From Clostridia bacterium (GTDB taxonomy: Bacteria > Bacillota > Clostridia > Oscillospirales > CAG-272): DNA of 64,000 bases. The notes beneath the pieces were generated by a model, which made no database searches, was not told the origin of the DNA, and worked only from the letters and a program-made list of their open reading frames with translations. A program made the translations under genes and the position numbers. The stretch's first letter is position 1. Every line of letters begins with the position of its first letter. This document shows, piece by piece, positions 29,597-39,015 of the stretch. Location: NCBI GenBank assembly GCA_017504405.1, contig JAFVRG010000015.1, forward strand, positions 5,750-69,749. The letters run 5' to 3'.

Positions 29597-30436
29597 ATGA
29601 AGGAAGAAATCAAATACCGCATAGACCAATTTGAGGGTCCGCTCGATTTGTTGCTCACCCTCATTGAGAAAAACAAGCTGAATATTGCGGATATTCCGAT
29701 TGCTGAAATTTGCGACCAATACGTGAGCTATATTGAAGAAGCGCAAAGCATGGACCTCGAAATAGCCTCTGAATTTATAGTTATGGCGAGCCATCTTATG
29801 CTCATGAAGAGCAAGATGCTCTTGCCTCAGGAAAAGGAGGAGGTCAAGCTCTTAAAAGAGGAGCTTCAGGACACCCTCGAGCGTTATAAGCAAGCAAAGC
29901 TCGCCGCCGAGGAATTAAAGCCTATGTGGGCGCAGTATTCGGGAAGGATGGTAAAGGACGAGGACGAAATCCCCCCCGAAAAGGGACTTATTCTCGGTTT
30001 AGACCCATCATTGCTATCAAAGGCGCTTAATACCCTTCTAAACCGTGTAAAGCTTCACGACGAATCTCCTACAATGATAAATCCTCTCATAAAAACGAAG
30101 GTTTATTCGGTAGAGGAGAGGATTGAATATACCGTCAAAACGCTCACTGAGCGAGGAAAGTCATCACTCATTTATCTGCTCCGCAACGCAGAATCCCGAG
30201 GTGAGATAATCGCTTATTTTATGGGCATTCTCGAGCTCGTCAAAATCAACCGTATTTTGATATGCGATGACGGCCTGATAGACGAAAACACAAATCCCGA
30301 TGAGCTTGGACTCCTCATTAAGTTTGAGCTTAACGAAAATTACGTACCGCAAAACGAAAATAATGAAAGTGAGTTTGAAAGCGATGAGCCAAAACAAGAA
30401 CGAGAAGAACAGTCAACCGATGGACAACCAGCTTGA
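29597..30436 (+). CDS. scpA: segregation and condensation protein A
   Basis: FEGPLDLLLTLIEKNKLNI kleisin N-terminus; SD GGAGA upstream of ATG 29597; acidic C-terminal tail. Confidence 0.85.
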   Translation: MKEEIKYRIDQFEGPLDLLLTLIEKNKLNIADIPIAEICDQYVSYIEEAQSMDLEIASEFIVMASHLMLMKSKMLLPQEKEEVKLLKEELQDTLERYKQAKLAAEELKPMWAQYSGRMVKDEDEIPPEKGLILGLDPSLLSKALNTLLNRVKLHDESPTMINPLIKTKVYSVEERIEYTVKTLTERGKSSLIYLLRNAESRGEIIAYFMGILELVKINRILICDDGLIDENTNPDELGLLIKFELNENYVPQNENNESEFESDEPKQEREEQSTDGQPA

Positions 30437-31211
30437 ATTGACGACTGAAACCGAGAGCGAAAGAATAGAAATGTCACGCTCCGACGTTCCGTCTCCCGAC
30501 GAGTATGCGGCTGAAATAATTGAATCGGTGCTATTTGCGGCAGGACATCCTGTTAAATATTCCACCTTTGCCTCTCTTATGCAGATAGGCGAGGAGGAGG
30601 TCAAGGCCATCGTTTCCGAGTATGCTGAAAAATACAACAATTCAGATTTACAGCGTGGAGTTATCCTGCTTATGCTCGACGATTGCTGTCAGCTCTGCAC
30701 AAAGCACGCATATCTTCCCTACATAAGAGCAGCTCTCGGAATACGCAGAAACGGCAATTTGTCCGCATCATCTATCGAAACTCTCGCAATAGTGGCTTAT
30801 AATCAGCCCGTAACGAGGGCGTATATAGACGCAGTAAGAAAGGTTGACAGCAGTTATTCCGTATCCTCGCTCCTTGAGCGTGGACTTATTGAGTCCAAGG
30901 GTAGGCTTGACGCCCCCGGACGCCCTATGCTATACGGAACCACGCCCGACTTCTTGCGTTGCTTCGGTCTTAATTCCCTTGAAGAATTACCCGCAGTAAT
31001 GAGTGAGGAAACCGAGGAAATATTTGAAAGAATCGGAAAACAGCTTGCGCTCGACGTAGATACCGACAAAAATCAGCTCGCATTTGATATTCCCAAAGAG
31101 GAAAAGTCCGAAATCGAGCGAGAAACCGACCTCGAAATTGAAGCGGAGCTGGAGGCTGCCGATTTCCATCCTGAGACAGACGGTTCTCATATTGATAACG
31201 AAATGGAGTAA
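30384..31211 (+). CDS. scpB: segregation and condensation protein B
   Basis: ESVLFAAGHPV and PGRPMLYGTT motifs. Start ambiguous (ATG 30363, 30384 or 30420), overlapping the scpA end. Confidence 0.8.
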   Translation: MSQNKNEKNSQPMDNQLELTTETESERIEMSRSDVPSPDEYAAEIIESVLFAAGHPVKYSTFASLMQIGEEEVKAIVSEYAEKYNNSDLQRGVILLMLDDCCQLCTKHAYLPYIRAALGIRRNGNLSASSIETLAIVAYNQPVTRAYIDAVRKVDSSYSVSSLLERGLIESKGRLDAPGRPMLYGTTPDFLRCFGLNSLEELPAVMSEETEEIFERIGKQLALDVDTDKNQLAFDIPKEEKSEIERETDLEIEAELEAADFHPETDGSHIDNEME

Positions 31212-31215
31212 TATT

Positions 31216-32013
31216 ATGATTTCAACTGCAGAAATTATAGAAAAATGGTACAAAATTCTTAAATTCCCGAGCGAATATGACGAAACGTTTTATTCTTATA
31301 TTGGCAAAATCAACGTTTCGGACGGTATCACTTCCAAGGATTTGGATATAAACGGAGAAGACGGCATTCTGAATTTATATACCGTGCTTTATCTTTGTGA
31401 AAACGTTGAAAAGGAACACAAAAAGCTTGGGATTCCGAGAAAAATCACGCTTGACACCCTACAAGACGTGGTAATTTGGACTAAAATTTGGAGCGATATT
31501 AAGGGGACTCTGTACCTGGGAGAGCTTTCCTGGCTGTCCCTGCATCTGAGTTCTAAAATTTTTCGTCTCGGCAGGCTTCAATTTGAAATGACTACCTCTC
31601 ATCATTCAGGTGACGGTGTAAATGCGGGCGATAACGTTATATCCATTCACATCCCCAGAGGGGAAAGAATGGATATTGATAGATGTATTGAGTCTATTAA
31701 TGCCGCAAAGACCTTCTTTGCGCAGTTCTTCCCTGAATTTACATACAAGCATTTCATTTGTCACTCGTGGCTACTTGACCGAGATCTCGCAAGCTACCTT
31801 CCCGAGGACAGCAATATAGTCCGTTTCGGACGTATGTTTTCCCCCTCCGTGAGCTTTGATGACAACATTATAATCCGTTTTATTTTTGGATGGGACACCA
31901 CGCCTGAAAATCTCAAGTACTGTGTTCCAACCTCGGAATTTTCGAAAAAAATCAAGGATGCGGTCCTTTCCGGCATAAAATTCAAGAACACGTTTGGCGT
32001 GTTAATCCTTTAA
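31216..32013 (+). CDS. hypothetical protein, possibly acyltransferase-like (RLGRLQF / CHSWLL motifs)
   Basis: 265 aa from ATG 31216 (SD GGAG 7 nt upstream). From memory it resembles Firmicute N-acyltransferase-like proteins; not verified. Confidence 0.4.
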   Translation: MISTAEIIEKWYKILKFPSEYDETFYSYIGKINVSDGITSKDLDINGEDGILNLYTVLYLCENVEKEHKKLGIPRKITLDTLQDVVIWTKIWSDIKGTLYLGELSWLSLHLSSKIFRLGRLQFEMTTSHHSGDGVNAGDNVISIHIPRGERMDIDRCIESINAAKTFFAQFFPEFTYKHFICHSWLLDRDLASYLPEDSNIVRFGRMFSPSVSFDDNIIIRFIFGWDTTPENLKYCVPTSEFSKKIKDAVLSGIKFKNTFGVLIL

Positions 32014-32025
32014 CCTCAAATTCAT

Positions 32026-33279
32026 ATGATCATGAAATACAATACACGTAATAATTACAGTACCTATCTTGTAGCTCTTTGCTGGCTGGTTTATTCCTGC
32101 TCATACATTGGCAAATTAAGCTACAGCGCAAACATTAATCAAATCGGAACAGCCTTTTCAGTCGGATATTCCCAAACGGGAATGATATCTACTTTTTTCT
32201 TCTTCGCATACGGCATAGGCCAGATAGTAAACGGCATTATGTGCAAAAGATATAACGTAAGACTGGTGGTCTTTTTCAGCCTTATTGTAGGAGCGGCAAT
32301 GAATTTGGCGGTCATTTTATCGCCGAGCTTTGTACTCATTAAGTACTTTTGGCTCATAAACGGAGCGGCGATGTCTTTTCTCTGGACCTCTCTGATACGG
32401 CTTTTGTCTGAAACTCTGGATAAAAAAGATATTGGCAAGGCAATTCTTGCCATGGGAACGACGGTTGCAACGGGAACTGTGCTCGTCTACTCAATGAGCG
32501 CAATTTTTGCGGCGATAGGAGTATATCATCTGACATTTATACTCGCATCACTAATTCTTCTCGCCGTTGCGGGCATCTGGATTTTCTCATACAAGGGATT
32601 GGTTTTGCCGTTGCAGGCAGAAAGGGATATGGAAATAACCGAAATACAAATCCCGGATGCAGAAGCTAATCGTAAAAGCTCAAGGTTGCCCTTCTTTATA
32701 GTAATTCTTGCTTTCTTTGCTGTTGCAAACAATTTTGTACGTGAGGGACTCACCTCTTGGACGCCCGATATTCTTGCATCACTCTATAATACACCCGGCT
32801 GGCTCTCAATACTGTTAACATTGCTTCTCCCGCTCCTTGCAATAGGTGGGACGTTTCTCGCTATTCACTTGCATGCAGTTGTCAAAAGCTTCATAGCTAC
32901 CTGCACCATCCTGTTTGGCGCCTGCTCGCTTCTCATTGGAGTTGTAATAATTCTTCTTTCCTATCAGCTCCTTCCTATAACTATCGCCTGTTTTGCCCTT
33001 GTTTCCTGCCTTATGGCGAGTGTCAACAACGTTATAACAAGCATGATGCCGTTACACTTGAAGGACAAATTCAATTCCGGCAGGCTGGCGGGAATACTTA
33101 ACGGATTCTGCTACCTTGGCAGCACTCTTAGCTCCTACGGGCTTGGCTCTATTGCCGATGCTTGGGGTTGGCCGTCGGTTTTCACAACGCTCTTAACAGT
33201 AAGCTGTACGGTTGTATGCATAGGAGCACTATATCTTTTGACAAGCAAACTGTATTCAAGAAAAGGAAATACACCGTAA
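32026..33279 (+). CDS. MFS transporter
   Basis: 417 aa, about 12 hydrophobic segments with a central loop; MFS-like loop motifs. Confidence 0.75.
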   Translation: MIMKYNTRNNYSTYLVALCWLVYSCSYIGKLSYSANINQIGTAFSVGYSQTGMISTFFFFAYGIGQIVNGIMCKRYNVRLVVFFSLIVGAAMNLAVILSPSFVLIKYFWLINGAAMSFLWTSLIRLLSETLDKKDIGKAILAMGTTVATGTVLVYSMSAIFAAIGVYHLTFILASLILLAVAGIWIFSYKGLVLPLQAERDMEITEIQIPDAEANRKSSRLPFFIVILAFFAVANNFVREGLTSWTPDILASLYNTPGWLSILLTLLLPLLAIGGTFLAIHLHAVVKSFIATCTILFGACSLLIGVVIILLSYQLLPITIACFALVSCLMASVNNVITSMMPLHLKDKFNSGRLAGILNGFCYLGSTLSSYGLGSIADAWGWPSVFTTLLTVSCTVVCIGALYLLTSKLYSRKGNTP

Positions 33280-33280
33280 A

Positions 33281-33790
33281 ATGCAACTCATACCTATAAA
33301 AAGCAGTGATTTTGATTACATTTATGAAGAAATGGTCAAGAATTTTATCAGCGCTGAGCTCCGTGACTATGATGACGCCAAGGCTCTCGTTGATAATGGA
33401 AAATATACCGTTTACCACATAGAATTAAATTCCGAGCGCATCGGTTTTATAACCGTATGGGAGCTTGACAGCTTTACCTTTTTCGAGCATTTCGTTATTT
33501 TTGAAAAGCACCGAAATAAGGGTTACGGAAAAATGGCACTTGACCTGCTCAAAAAGCGATTTCCCCTAACCGTTTTAGAGGCTGAGCCTCCGAAAACCGA
33601 GCTGTCCGCTCGCAGAATAGAATTTTACAAACGGGCAGGATACTCTATTAATGATTTTCCCTATATACAACCGCCTTACAGGGCGTCGGACACGGGGATT
33701 CCCCTGCTGTTATTGAGCTATCCGCACGCACTAACCGACATTGACAAGGTGGTAAAGGAAATATACACGCAGGTTTATAACGTAAAGTAA
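33281..33790 (+). CDS. GNAT family N-acetyltransferase
   Basis: 169 aa; FEKHRNKGYGKMAL acetyl-CoA binding motif. Confidence 0.75.
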   Translation: MQLIPIKSSDFDYIYEEMVKNFISAELRDYDDAKALVDNGKYTVYHIELNSERIGFITVWELDSFTFFEHFVIFEKHRNKGYGKMALDLLKKRFPLTVLEAEPPKTELSARRIEFYKRAGYSINDFPYIQPPYRASDTGIPLLLLSYPHALTDIDKVVKEIYTQVYNVK

Positions 33791-33813
33791 TCAATTTTTG
33801 GAAAGGAGAAAAA

Positions 33814-34482
33814 ATGATTGCACTTATAATTATTGCGATAATTGTAGCCGTAATAGTATTTTTACTCCTTTCACGAGTAAAAATAACCTTAAAATACGAC
33901 CAGACCGTGACGGCTTATGCAAAATTTTTGTTCTTTAAATTTCCCATATATCCAAAAAACAAAAGGGTCAAGCTCAGCCGTTATAAAACCAAAAGGCACA
34001 AAAAGCGTCTTAAAAAATTAAGGGCTAAAAAACGGGCGATAAAGAAAACTCCCGTTTCAGCGGTAAAAAAGAGAGGCAGCCTAACACAGAAAATCTCTCT
34101 TGTTGTCTACCTGTTGAGAAAAATATTCAGAAAATTCTTTGGCAGACTCAGAATCGACGTAAAGGAGGTTGACATTTCTATTTCGACTGCCGACCCCGCA
34201 AAAACTGCTCTTCTCTATGCTGCGGCGTATAACGGTGCCGAATTTTTACTCGACATTATCGACGAAAATACAAATATCAGGCAAAAATCCGTTGAGGATA
34301 TTAAAGTATATCCCGACTTCACAAGGACAACCTCAAATTTTTACTTAAATTTGATTTTCAGCATCAGCGTTATATCAATACTTGACATTGGCATAAAAAT
34401 AGCGTATAATTATTTAAAAAAGAAAACAAGCGATAATATAAACAAAAACGGAGGACGAGATAATGGAAAACAACCTAAATGA
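33814..34482 (+). CDS. DUF2953-like membrane protein (YtfI-like, sporulation-associated)
   Basis: N-terminal TM helix, Lys/Arg-rich linker; directly upstream of and overlapping the ytfJ-like gene, as in the Bacillus ytfI-ytfJ pair. Confidence 0.5.
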   Translation: MIALIIIAIIVAVIVFLLLSRVKITLKYDQTVTAYAKFLFFKFPIYPKNKRVKLSRYKTKRHKKRLKKLRAKKRAIKKTPVSAVKKRGSLTQKISLVVYLLRKIFRKFFGRLRIDVKEVDISISTADPAKTALLYAAAYNGAEFLLDIIDENTNIRQKSVEDIKVYPDFTRTTSNFYLNLIFSISVISILDIGIKIAYNYLKKKTSDNINKNGGRDNGKQPK

Positions 34483-34915
34483 CATAATCGGTACTTCACT
34501 CGAAAAAATCAAGGAATTTGCAGATACTGAAACCGTAACGGGTGAACCCATAACCACACCTAACGGAACTACTATTATACCTGTATCAAAGGTATCAATG
34601 GGATTTGCTACCGGGGCTATCGGAAGCTCCAACAAAGAAAAGGTGCAGAAGCCCAGAATCGGCGGAGGCGGAGGAACGGGAATCACCGTAACACCTATTG
34701 CTTTTCTCGTTATTTCTGCGAGCGGCAAGGTGGATATGCTCCCCGTATGTGCGCAGACAAATGAGGGAACAATCGACAAGATAACCGCTATCATAGAGCG
34801 CTCTCCCGACATTCTCGACCGTCTCAAAAAGGTGTTCACCTCGGATAAGAAAAAGTCCGAGAAAAGCGAAAGCGAATCCGAATTTGAGGTTGAAATTGTA
34901 GAGGAAGGCAAATAA
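34463..34915 (+). CDS. ytfJ: GerW/YtfJ family sporulation protein
   Basis: EKIKEFADTETVTGEPITTPNGTTIIPVSKVSMGFATG motif typical of the YtfJ/GerW family. Confidence 0.75.
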   Translation: MENNLNDIIGTSLEKIKEFADTETVTGEPITTPNGTTIIPVSKVSMGFATGAIGSSNKEKVQKPRIGGGGGTGITVTPIAFLVISASGKVDMLPVCAQTNEGTIDKITAIIERSPDILDRLKKVFTSDKKKSEKSESESEFEVEIVEEGK

Positions 34916-34998
34916 TTCTCTTTTCTGAATATTTTTGCAGGAATAATCAAGGCTGCTTTCACGGAAATTAAGTTTAACTTAACGAAAGGAAGGCAGCC

Positions 34999-36081
34999 TT
35001 GAAAAAATTATCAATTATTTGTATTCTGTCAGCAATATTTTCTCTATGTGCTCCGAGCGTTGCATATGCCACCGAGACCGCGCCGAGCGTGAGTGCTGAG
35101 TGTGCGGCGCTATATTCTGCTGACACAGGAGAATTTCTATATACAAAAAACGCCGATATACGCCACGCCATGGCGAGCACTACAAAAATAATGACAGCGC
35201 TTATCGCTGTTGAACGTTGCCCTCTTGACGAAACTGTCACGGTAGACAAGCGGGCGGTTGGTGTCGAGGGCTCGTCAGTGTATTTAAAAGAGGGCGAGAA
35301 AATATCTATGCTCGACCTGCTCTACGCTCTGCTCTTGCAAAGCGCAAACGATGCAGCGGCGGCAATTGCGTATCATATCGCAAAGGGTATAGAGCCTTTT
35401 GCGGCAATGATGAATGAGAGAGCTGTGGCGCTGGGCGCAATTCAAACGCATTTTGACAACCCACACGGGCTTGATAGCGAAAACCACTATACAACAGCGA
35501 GAGATTTAGCTATAATATCAGCACAGGCTCTCGAAAATGAGATAATCGGTCAGATAGTTAGCTCGAAGAGACATACCATAATAACCGACGAGGGACAAAC
35601 TACCCGAGTCCTCGTCAATCACAACCGTCTGCTTTCTATGTATGACGGGGCAATAGGTATTAAAACAGGCTATACAAAAAAAACAGGACGTTGTCTTGTA
35701 TCCGCCGCCGAGCGTGACGGCGTTACCTTCATTTGCGTTACTCTCGATGCTCCAAACGACTGGAACGACCATATCGCCCTGCTCGACTACGGTTATTCTC
35801 GCTATACCAAAAAAATCGCGCTGTCAATAAATGAGTTAACATTTGATATTCCCGTTTTTAACGGAAACAGTCAAACAGTGCGGGTGACAAACTCCGATGA
35901 AATTTCATACCTGTCAGAAAACGACTCGGACGAGATTAAACTAAAAACCGACGTTTCGGGGGCTTTGGTTGCTCCGATAAAAGAAGGTGAAGCCATTGGC
36001 TTTGTCTACGCATATATAGGCGATAGATTGGTTGGAAGCTCTCCTTTGGTTGCAACGCAATCAATAGAGGCTAAAAAATAA
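34999..36081 (+). CDS. D-alanyl-D-alanine carboxypeptidase (PBP5-type, DacB/DacF-like)
   Basis: Signal peptide; SxxK (ASTTK), SxN (SAND), KTG (IKTGYT). TTG start 7 nt after AAGGAAGG. Confidence 0.85.
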   Translation: MKKLSIICILSAIFSLCAPSVAYATETAPSVSAECAALYSADTGEFLYTKNADIRHAMASTTKIMTALIAVERCPLDETVTVDKRAVGVEGSSVYLKEGEKISMLDLLYALLLQSANDAAAAIAYHIAKGIEPFAAMMNERAVALGAIQTHFDNPHGLDSENHYTTARDLAIISAQALENEIIGQIVSSKRHTIITDEGQTTRVLVNHNRLLSMYDGAIGIKTGYTKKTGRCLVSAAERDGVTFICVTLDAPNDWNDHIALLDYGYSRYTKKIALSINELTFDIPVFNGNSQTVRVTNSDEISYLSENDSDEIKLKTDVSGALVAPIKEGEAIGFVYAYIGDRLVGSSPLVATQSIEAKK

Positions 36082-36098
36082 ATTTCAGGATTTTTATT

Positions 36099-36821
36099 AT
36101 GAACGAGGTCAGACTTCAAAAGTATTTTACAGATTGCAATATTATGTCACGCAGAGCGGCAGAAAGGGAGATAGCCGACGGCAAGGTTAAGGTTAACGGA
36201 CATCCTGCAACCTTAGGTATGAAAATAAATCCCGCAACCGACAGCGTGGTATGGAACGGAAAGCGCATTTATCCGTCAGAGCGCAAATATCACTATATAA
36301 TTCTCAACAAGCCAAGAGGCTATATAACCTCAATGAGCGACGATAGAGGCAGAAAGTGCGTTACAGAGCTTTTATCCGACTATCCGCACAGAGTTTACCC
36401 TGTGGGCAGGCTGGATATGGTATCCGAGGGAATACTGCTTTTGACGGATGACGGAGATCTCGCAAACAAAATGACGCATCCCTCACACTCCATACCCAAG
36501 GTATACCGTGTTAAGGTTTCGGGTGAGGTAAGCGCAAAACAGTTTGAAATTCTCACCTCCCCTTTGGTTATTGACGGATATAAAATCAAACCCGTTGCAG
36601 TTGAAATTTCTACTGCTGACGAGAACGGTACTGTTCTGAAAATGACTCTCTTTGAGGGCAGGAACAGACAAATCAGAAAGATGTGTGAGCAGGCGGGCTT
36701 AACAGTTAAGCGACTTAATCGAGTCAGTATAGGAATATTGAAGCTCAACAACCTACCCGTCGGCAAATACCGAGAACTTGATGACGACGAAGTCAAATAT
36801 CTTAAAAGGAACGTAAAATAA
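36099..36821 (+). CDS. rluB: pseudouridine synthase (RsuA/RluB family, S4 domain)
   Basis: RLQKYFTDCNIMSRRAAE S4 domain; VGRLDMVSEGILLLTDDG catalytic Asp motif. Confidence 0.8.
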   Translation: MNEVRLQKYFTDCNIMSRRAAEREIADGKVKVNGHPATLGMKINPATDSVVWNGKRIYPSERKYHYIILNKPRGYITSMSDDRGRKCVTELLSDYPHRVYPVGRLDMVSEGILLLTDDGDLANKMTHPSHSIPKVYRVKVSGEVSAKQFEILTSPLVIDGYKIKPVAVEISTADENGTVLKMTLFEGRNRQIRKMCEQAGLTVKRLNRVSIGILKLNNLPVGKYRELDDDEVKYLKRNVK

Positions 36822-37213
36822 TGCTGGAAATAAAGCCGATACAGTCAAAATCAATCCAAAAGGCATTATGTGAAAAGTGCTCAATCTCCTACATCGAGGA
36901 CGCCTTTGCCTATTCGACATACGACGGAGACTGCTTTTTGGGAATGTCACAGTTTACAATCGAAAGCGGTTACGCCTTAATAAAAAACCTTGCGAGCGCT
37001 GACGGCGTGGAGGATTTCGAGGCAATGTTCATTCTCGGCAGGGCGGTACTCAATTTCATTGACTTATGCTCGGTATCGACTGCAAAAATCAAAAAAGATG
37101 CCTCTGAGGAAAGGCTCGCCCGAGCGATAGGCTTCAAAAGGGGCGAGGATGGCGAATATTTACCACTGTCGCTTATTGGAATGTTTGACGCAAAATGTCC
37201 CTCTCATAAATGA
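36821..37213 (+). CDS. hypothetical protein
   Basis: 130-aa ORF. ATG shares one base with the rluB stop (TAATG). No family recognised. Confidence 0.4.
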   Translation: MLEIKPIQSKSIQKALCEKCSISYIEDAFAYSTYDGDCFLGMSQFTIESGYALIKNLASADGVEDFEAMFILGRAVLNFIDLCSVSTAKIKKDASEERLARAIGFKRGEDGEYLPLSLIGMFDAKCPSHK

Positions 37214-37218
37214 TTTTT

Positions 37219-37258
37219 TAAAAACGGATATGCTCTGCACGTCCGTTTTTTGTTTTTT
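37219..37258 (+). terminator. probable rho-independent terminator
   Basis: AACGGA-(13-nt loop)-TCCGTT followed by TTTTTTGTTTTTT. Confidence 0.45.
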
Positions 37259-37316
37259 CTGCAAGCGTTAGGATTTTTTTGCATATTCTATACCATATAA
37301 ACAGCAGGAGTATGCT

Positions 37317-38006
37317 ATGATTAGATTTCCAAGGTATGATTTTCTCTGTGTTTTGCTCGGCGTCGGCGAGGCTCAAAGCTTTCCGTCACCTTTATCGCCA
37401 GAAGAGGAAACAGAATTGTTTAAGAAAAAAGAGGAGGGAGATGAGGGCGCAAGAAACAAGCTGATAGAACACAATCTACGCCTTGTTGCGCATATAGTAA
37501 GGAAATACTACATATCCTATCAGAACTCGGATGAGCTTATTTCCATTGGCAGTCTGGGACTTGTAAAGGCAATTGATTCATTTAAAATCAGAAACGGCAC
37601 ACGCTTTGCCACTTATGCGGCTAAATGTATTCAGAATGAAATTCTTATGTATTTCCGCTCACAGAGAAAATGCAGCTGTGAGGTGTCAATAAATGAAACC
37701 ATAGATATTGACAAGGACGGAAATCCCTTAACATATAGCGATATTATAAGCGTGGATGACACGATAGCCGAGGATTTAGATATGAAAATCCATTCGGAAA
37801 AGGCTATTGAGCTCATAAAAAACATATTGGACGAACGTGAAAGAATGGTGATAGTTCTTCGTTACGGACTAATCAGCGAAAAGGCGCTCACGCAAAAGGA
37901 GGTTGCCAGAAAATTAAAAATATCCCGCTCCTATGTCAGCCGAATTGAGAAAAAAGCGCTCGAAAAATTAAGAGAAAATTTTAAGGTCGGTGATATTTTT
38001 AATTAA
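37317..38006 (+). CDS. sigK: sporulation sigma factor pro-sigma-K (uninterrupted)
   Basis: SFPSPLSPEEE, LIEHNLRLVAHIVRKY and ISRSYVSRIEKKAL match SigK rather than SigE; about 20-aa hydrophobic pro-sequence. Confidence 0.8.
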   Translation: MIRFPRYDFLCVLLGVGEAQSFPSPLSPEEETELFKKKEEGDEGARNKLIEHNLRLVAHIVRKYYISYQNSDELISIGSLGLVKAIDSFKIRNGTRFATYAAKCIQNEILMYFRSQRKCSCEVSINETIDIDKDGNPLTYSDIISVDDTIAEDLDMKIHSEKAIELIKNILDERERMVIVLRYGLISEKALTQKEVARKLKISRSYVSRIEKKALEKLRENFKVGDIFN

Positions 38007-38082
38007 ATGTATAAAAAACCTTCCTCGGCGAAAAATATTATTAGCGGATTTATCCGTAAGTAACCGAAAGGGGAATTAAAAA

Positions 38083-38304
38083 ATGATACTCGACAGAATT
38101 GCTCTTATCATTACTATAATCGGCGCCCTCAACTGGGGAAGCATAGGACTCTTTTCGTTTGATATAGTAGCATGGATAAGCGGCGGCGCAGCAACTGCGG
38201 TAGCCCGTGTTATTTACACGGTTGTTGCAATTGCAGGTATATGGTGTATATCCCTGCTCTTCCGTTCCAGAGAAGAATATATAAGCGACGAGAACCACAG
38301 ATAA
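38083..38304 (+). CDS. DUF378 family small membrane protein
   Basis: 73 aa; MILDRIALIITIIGALNWGSIGLF motif. Confidence 0.7.
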   Translation: MILDRIALIITIIGALNWGSIGLFSFDIVAWISGGAATAVARVIYTVVAIAGIWCISLLFRSREEYISDENHR

Positions 38305-38342
38305 AAGAGAAGGGGCTGCTTCGTTTTGGCATAACCGTAAAC

Positions 38343-38380
38343 AAAAAGGTGAGGTACAAAAGTGCCTCACTTTTTATTTT
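38343..38380 (+). terminator. rho-independent terminator after the DUF378 gene
   Basis: GTGAGGTAC-AAAA-GTGCCTCAC (one G-U pair) followed by TTTTTATTTTT. Confidence 0.55.
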
Positions 38381-38518
38381 TGGTACAAACCTTTGGCAAA
38401 ATATTTTCTTTTTAATATCCTATAAACAGACAGTAAATATAAAAACCAATTTTTGTCTGTTTAAATATGGGTAAAAACAGGCAAAAATAAAAGTGAAGAA
38501 AACAAAGGGAGAACTAAA

Positions 38519-38938
38519 ATGCTCAACATAAAAAGAGGCGACATATATTATGCAGACCTGAGCCCTGTTATTGGAAGTGAGCAGGGTGGACTTCGACCTG
38601 TACTTATAGTACAAAACGACGTGGGAAACAGATACAGTCCGACTGTGATTGCGGCGGCAATTACAAGCAAGCTTGACAAGACGAGATTACCCACTCACAT
38701 AGATATATATGCAAACGAGGTTGGACTCGCAAAGGATTCCGTGATTTTACTTGAACAGATACGCACCCTTGACAAACGAAGGCTGAAAGAGAAAATGGGG
38801 CATCTCGACGACGGCTCTATGCGTGCGGTTAATTCCGCTATCGCAGTCAGCTTCGGCCTGTCGGAGGAGCGATACGGGGAGACGAACACCGCAACGGCAT
38901 ACCGAAACGAAGAAAATTTACTAAATAATATAGGATAA
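38519..38938 (+). CDS. mazF: MazF/PemK (EndoA-like) endoribonuclease toxin
   Basis: [47 protein letters not shown] signature; SD AAGGGAG. About 25-aa extension after the family's usual ...SFGL end. Confidence 0.8.
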   Translation: MLNIKRGDIYYADLSPVIGSEQGGLRPVLIVQNDVGNRYSPTVIAAAITSKLDKTRLPTHIDIYANEVGLAKDSVILLEQIRTLDKRRLKEKMGHLDDGSMRAVNSAIAVSFGLSEERYGETNTATAYRNEENLLNNIG

Positions 38939-39015
38939 AAATTTACAATTAACCGCTTGATAAAACGAGTATTTATGATAAAATAACCGTAGCACTGTAA
39001 AGAGGTGGGTATTTT

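Noticed and set aside
34414-34962. 182-aa minus-strand ORF opposite the ytfJ-like gene.
   Set aside because: Antisense shadow of a conserved GerW/YtfJ gene, with no SD.
37317-38006. skin-like intervening element in sigK.
   Set aside because: The ORF is continuous through regions 2-4 with no recombinase nearby.
38172-38474. 100-aa plus-strand ORF considered as a possible MazE-like antitoxin upstream of mazF.
   Set aside because: It overlaps the DUF378 gene in another frame and reads through that gene's terminator. It has no SD and no AbrB- or RHH-like sequence.
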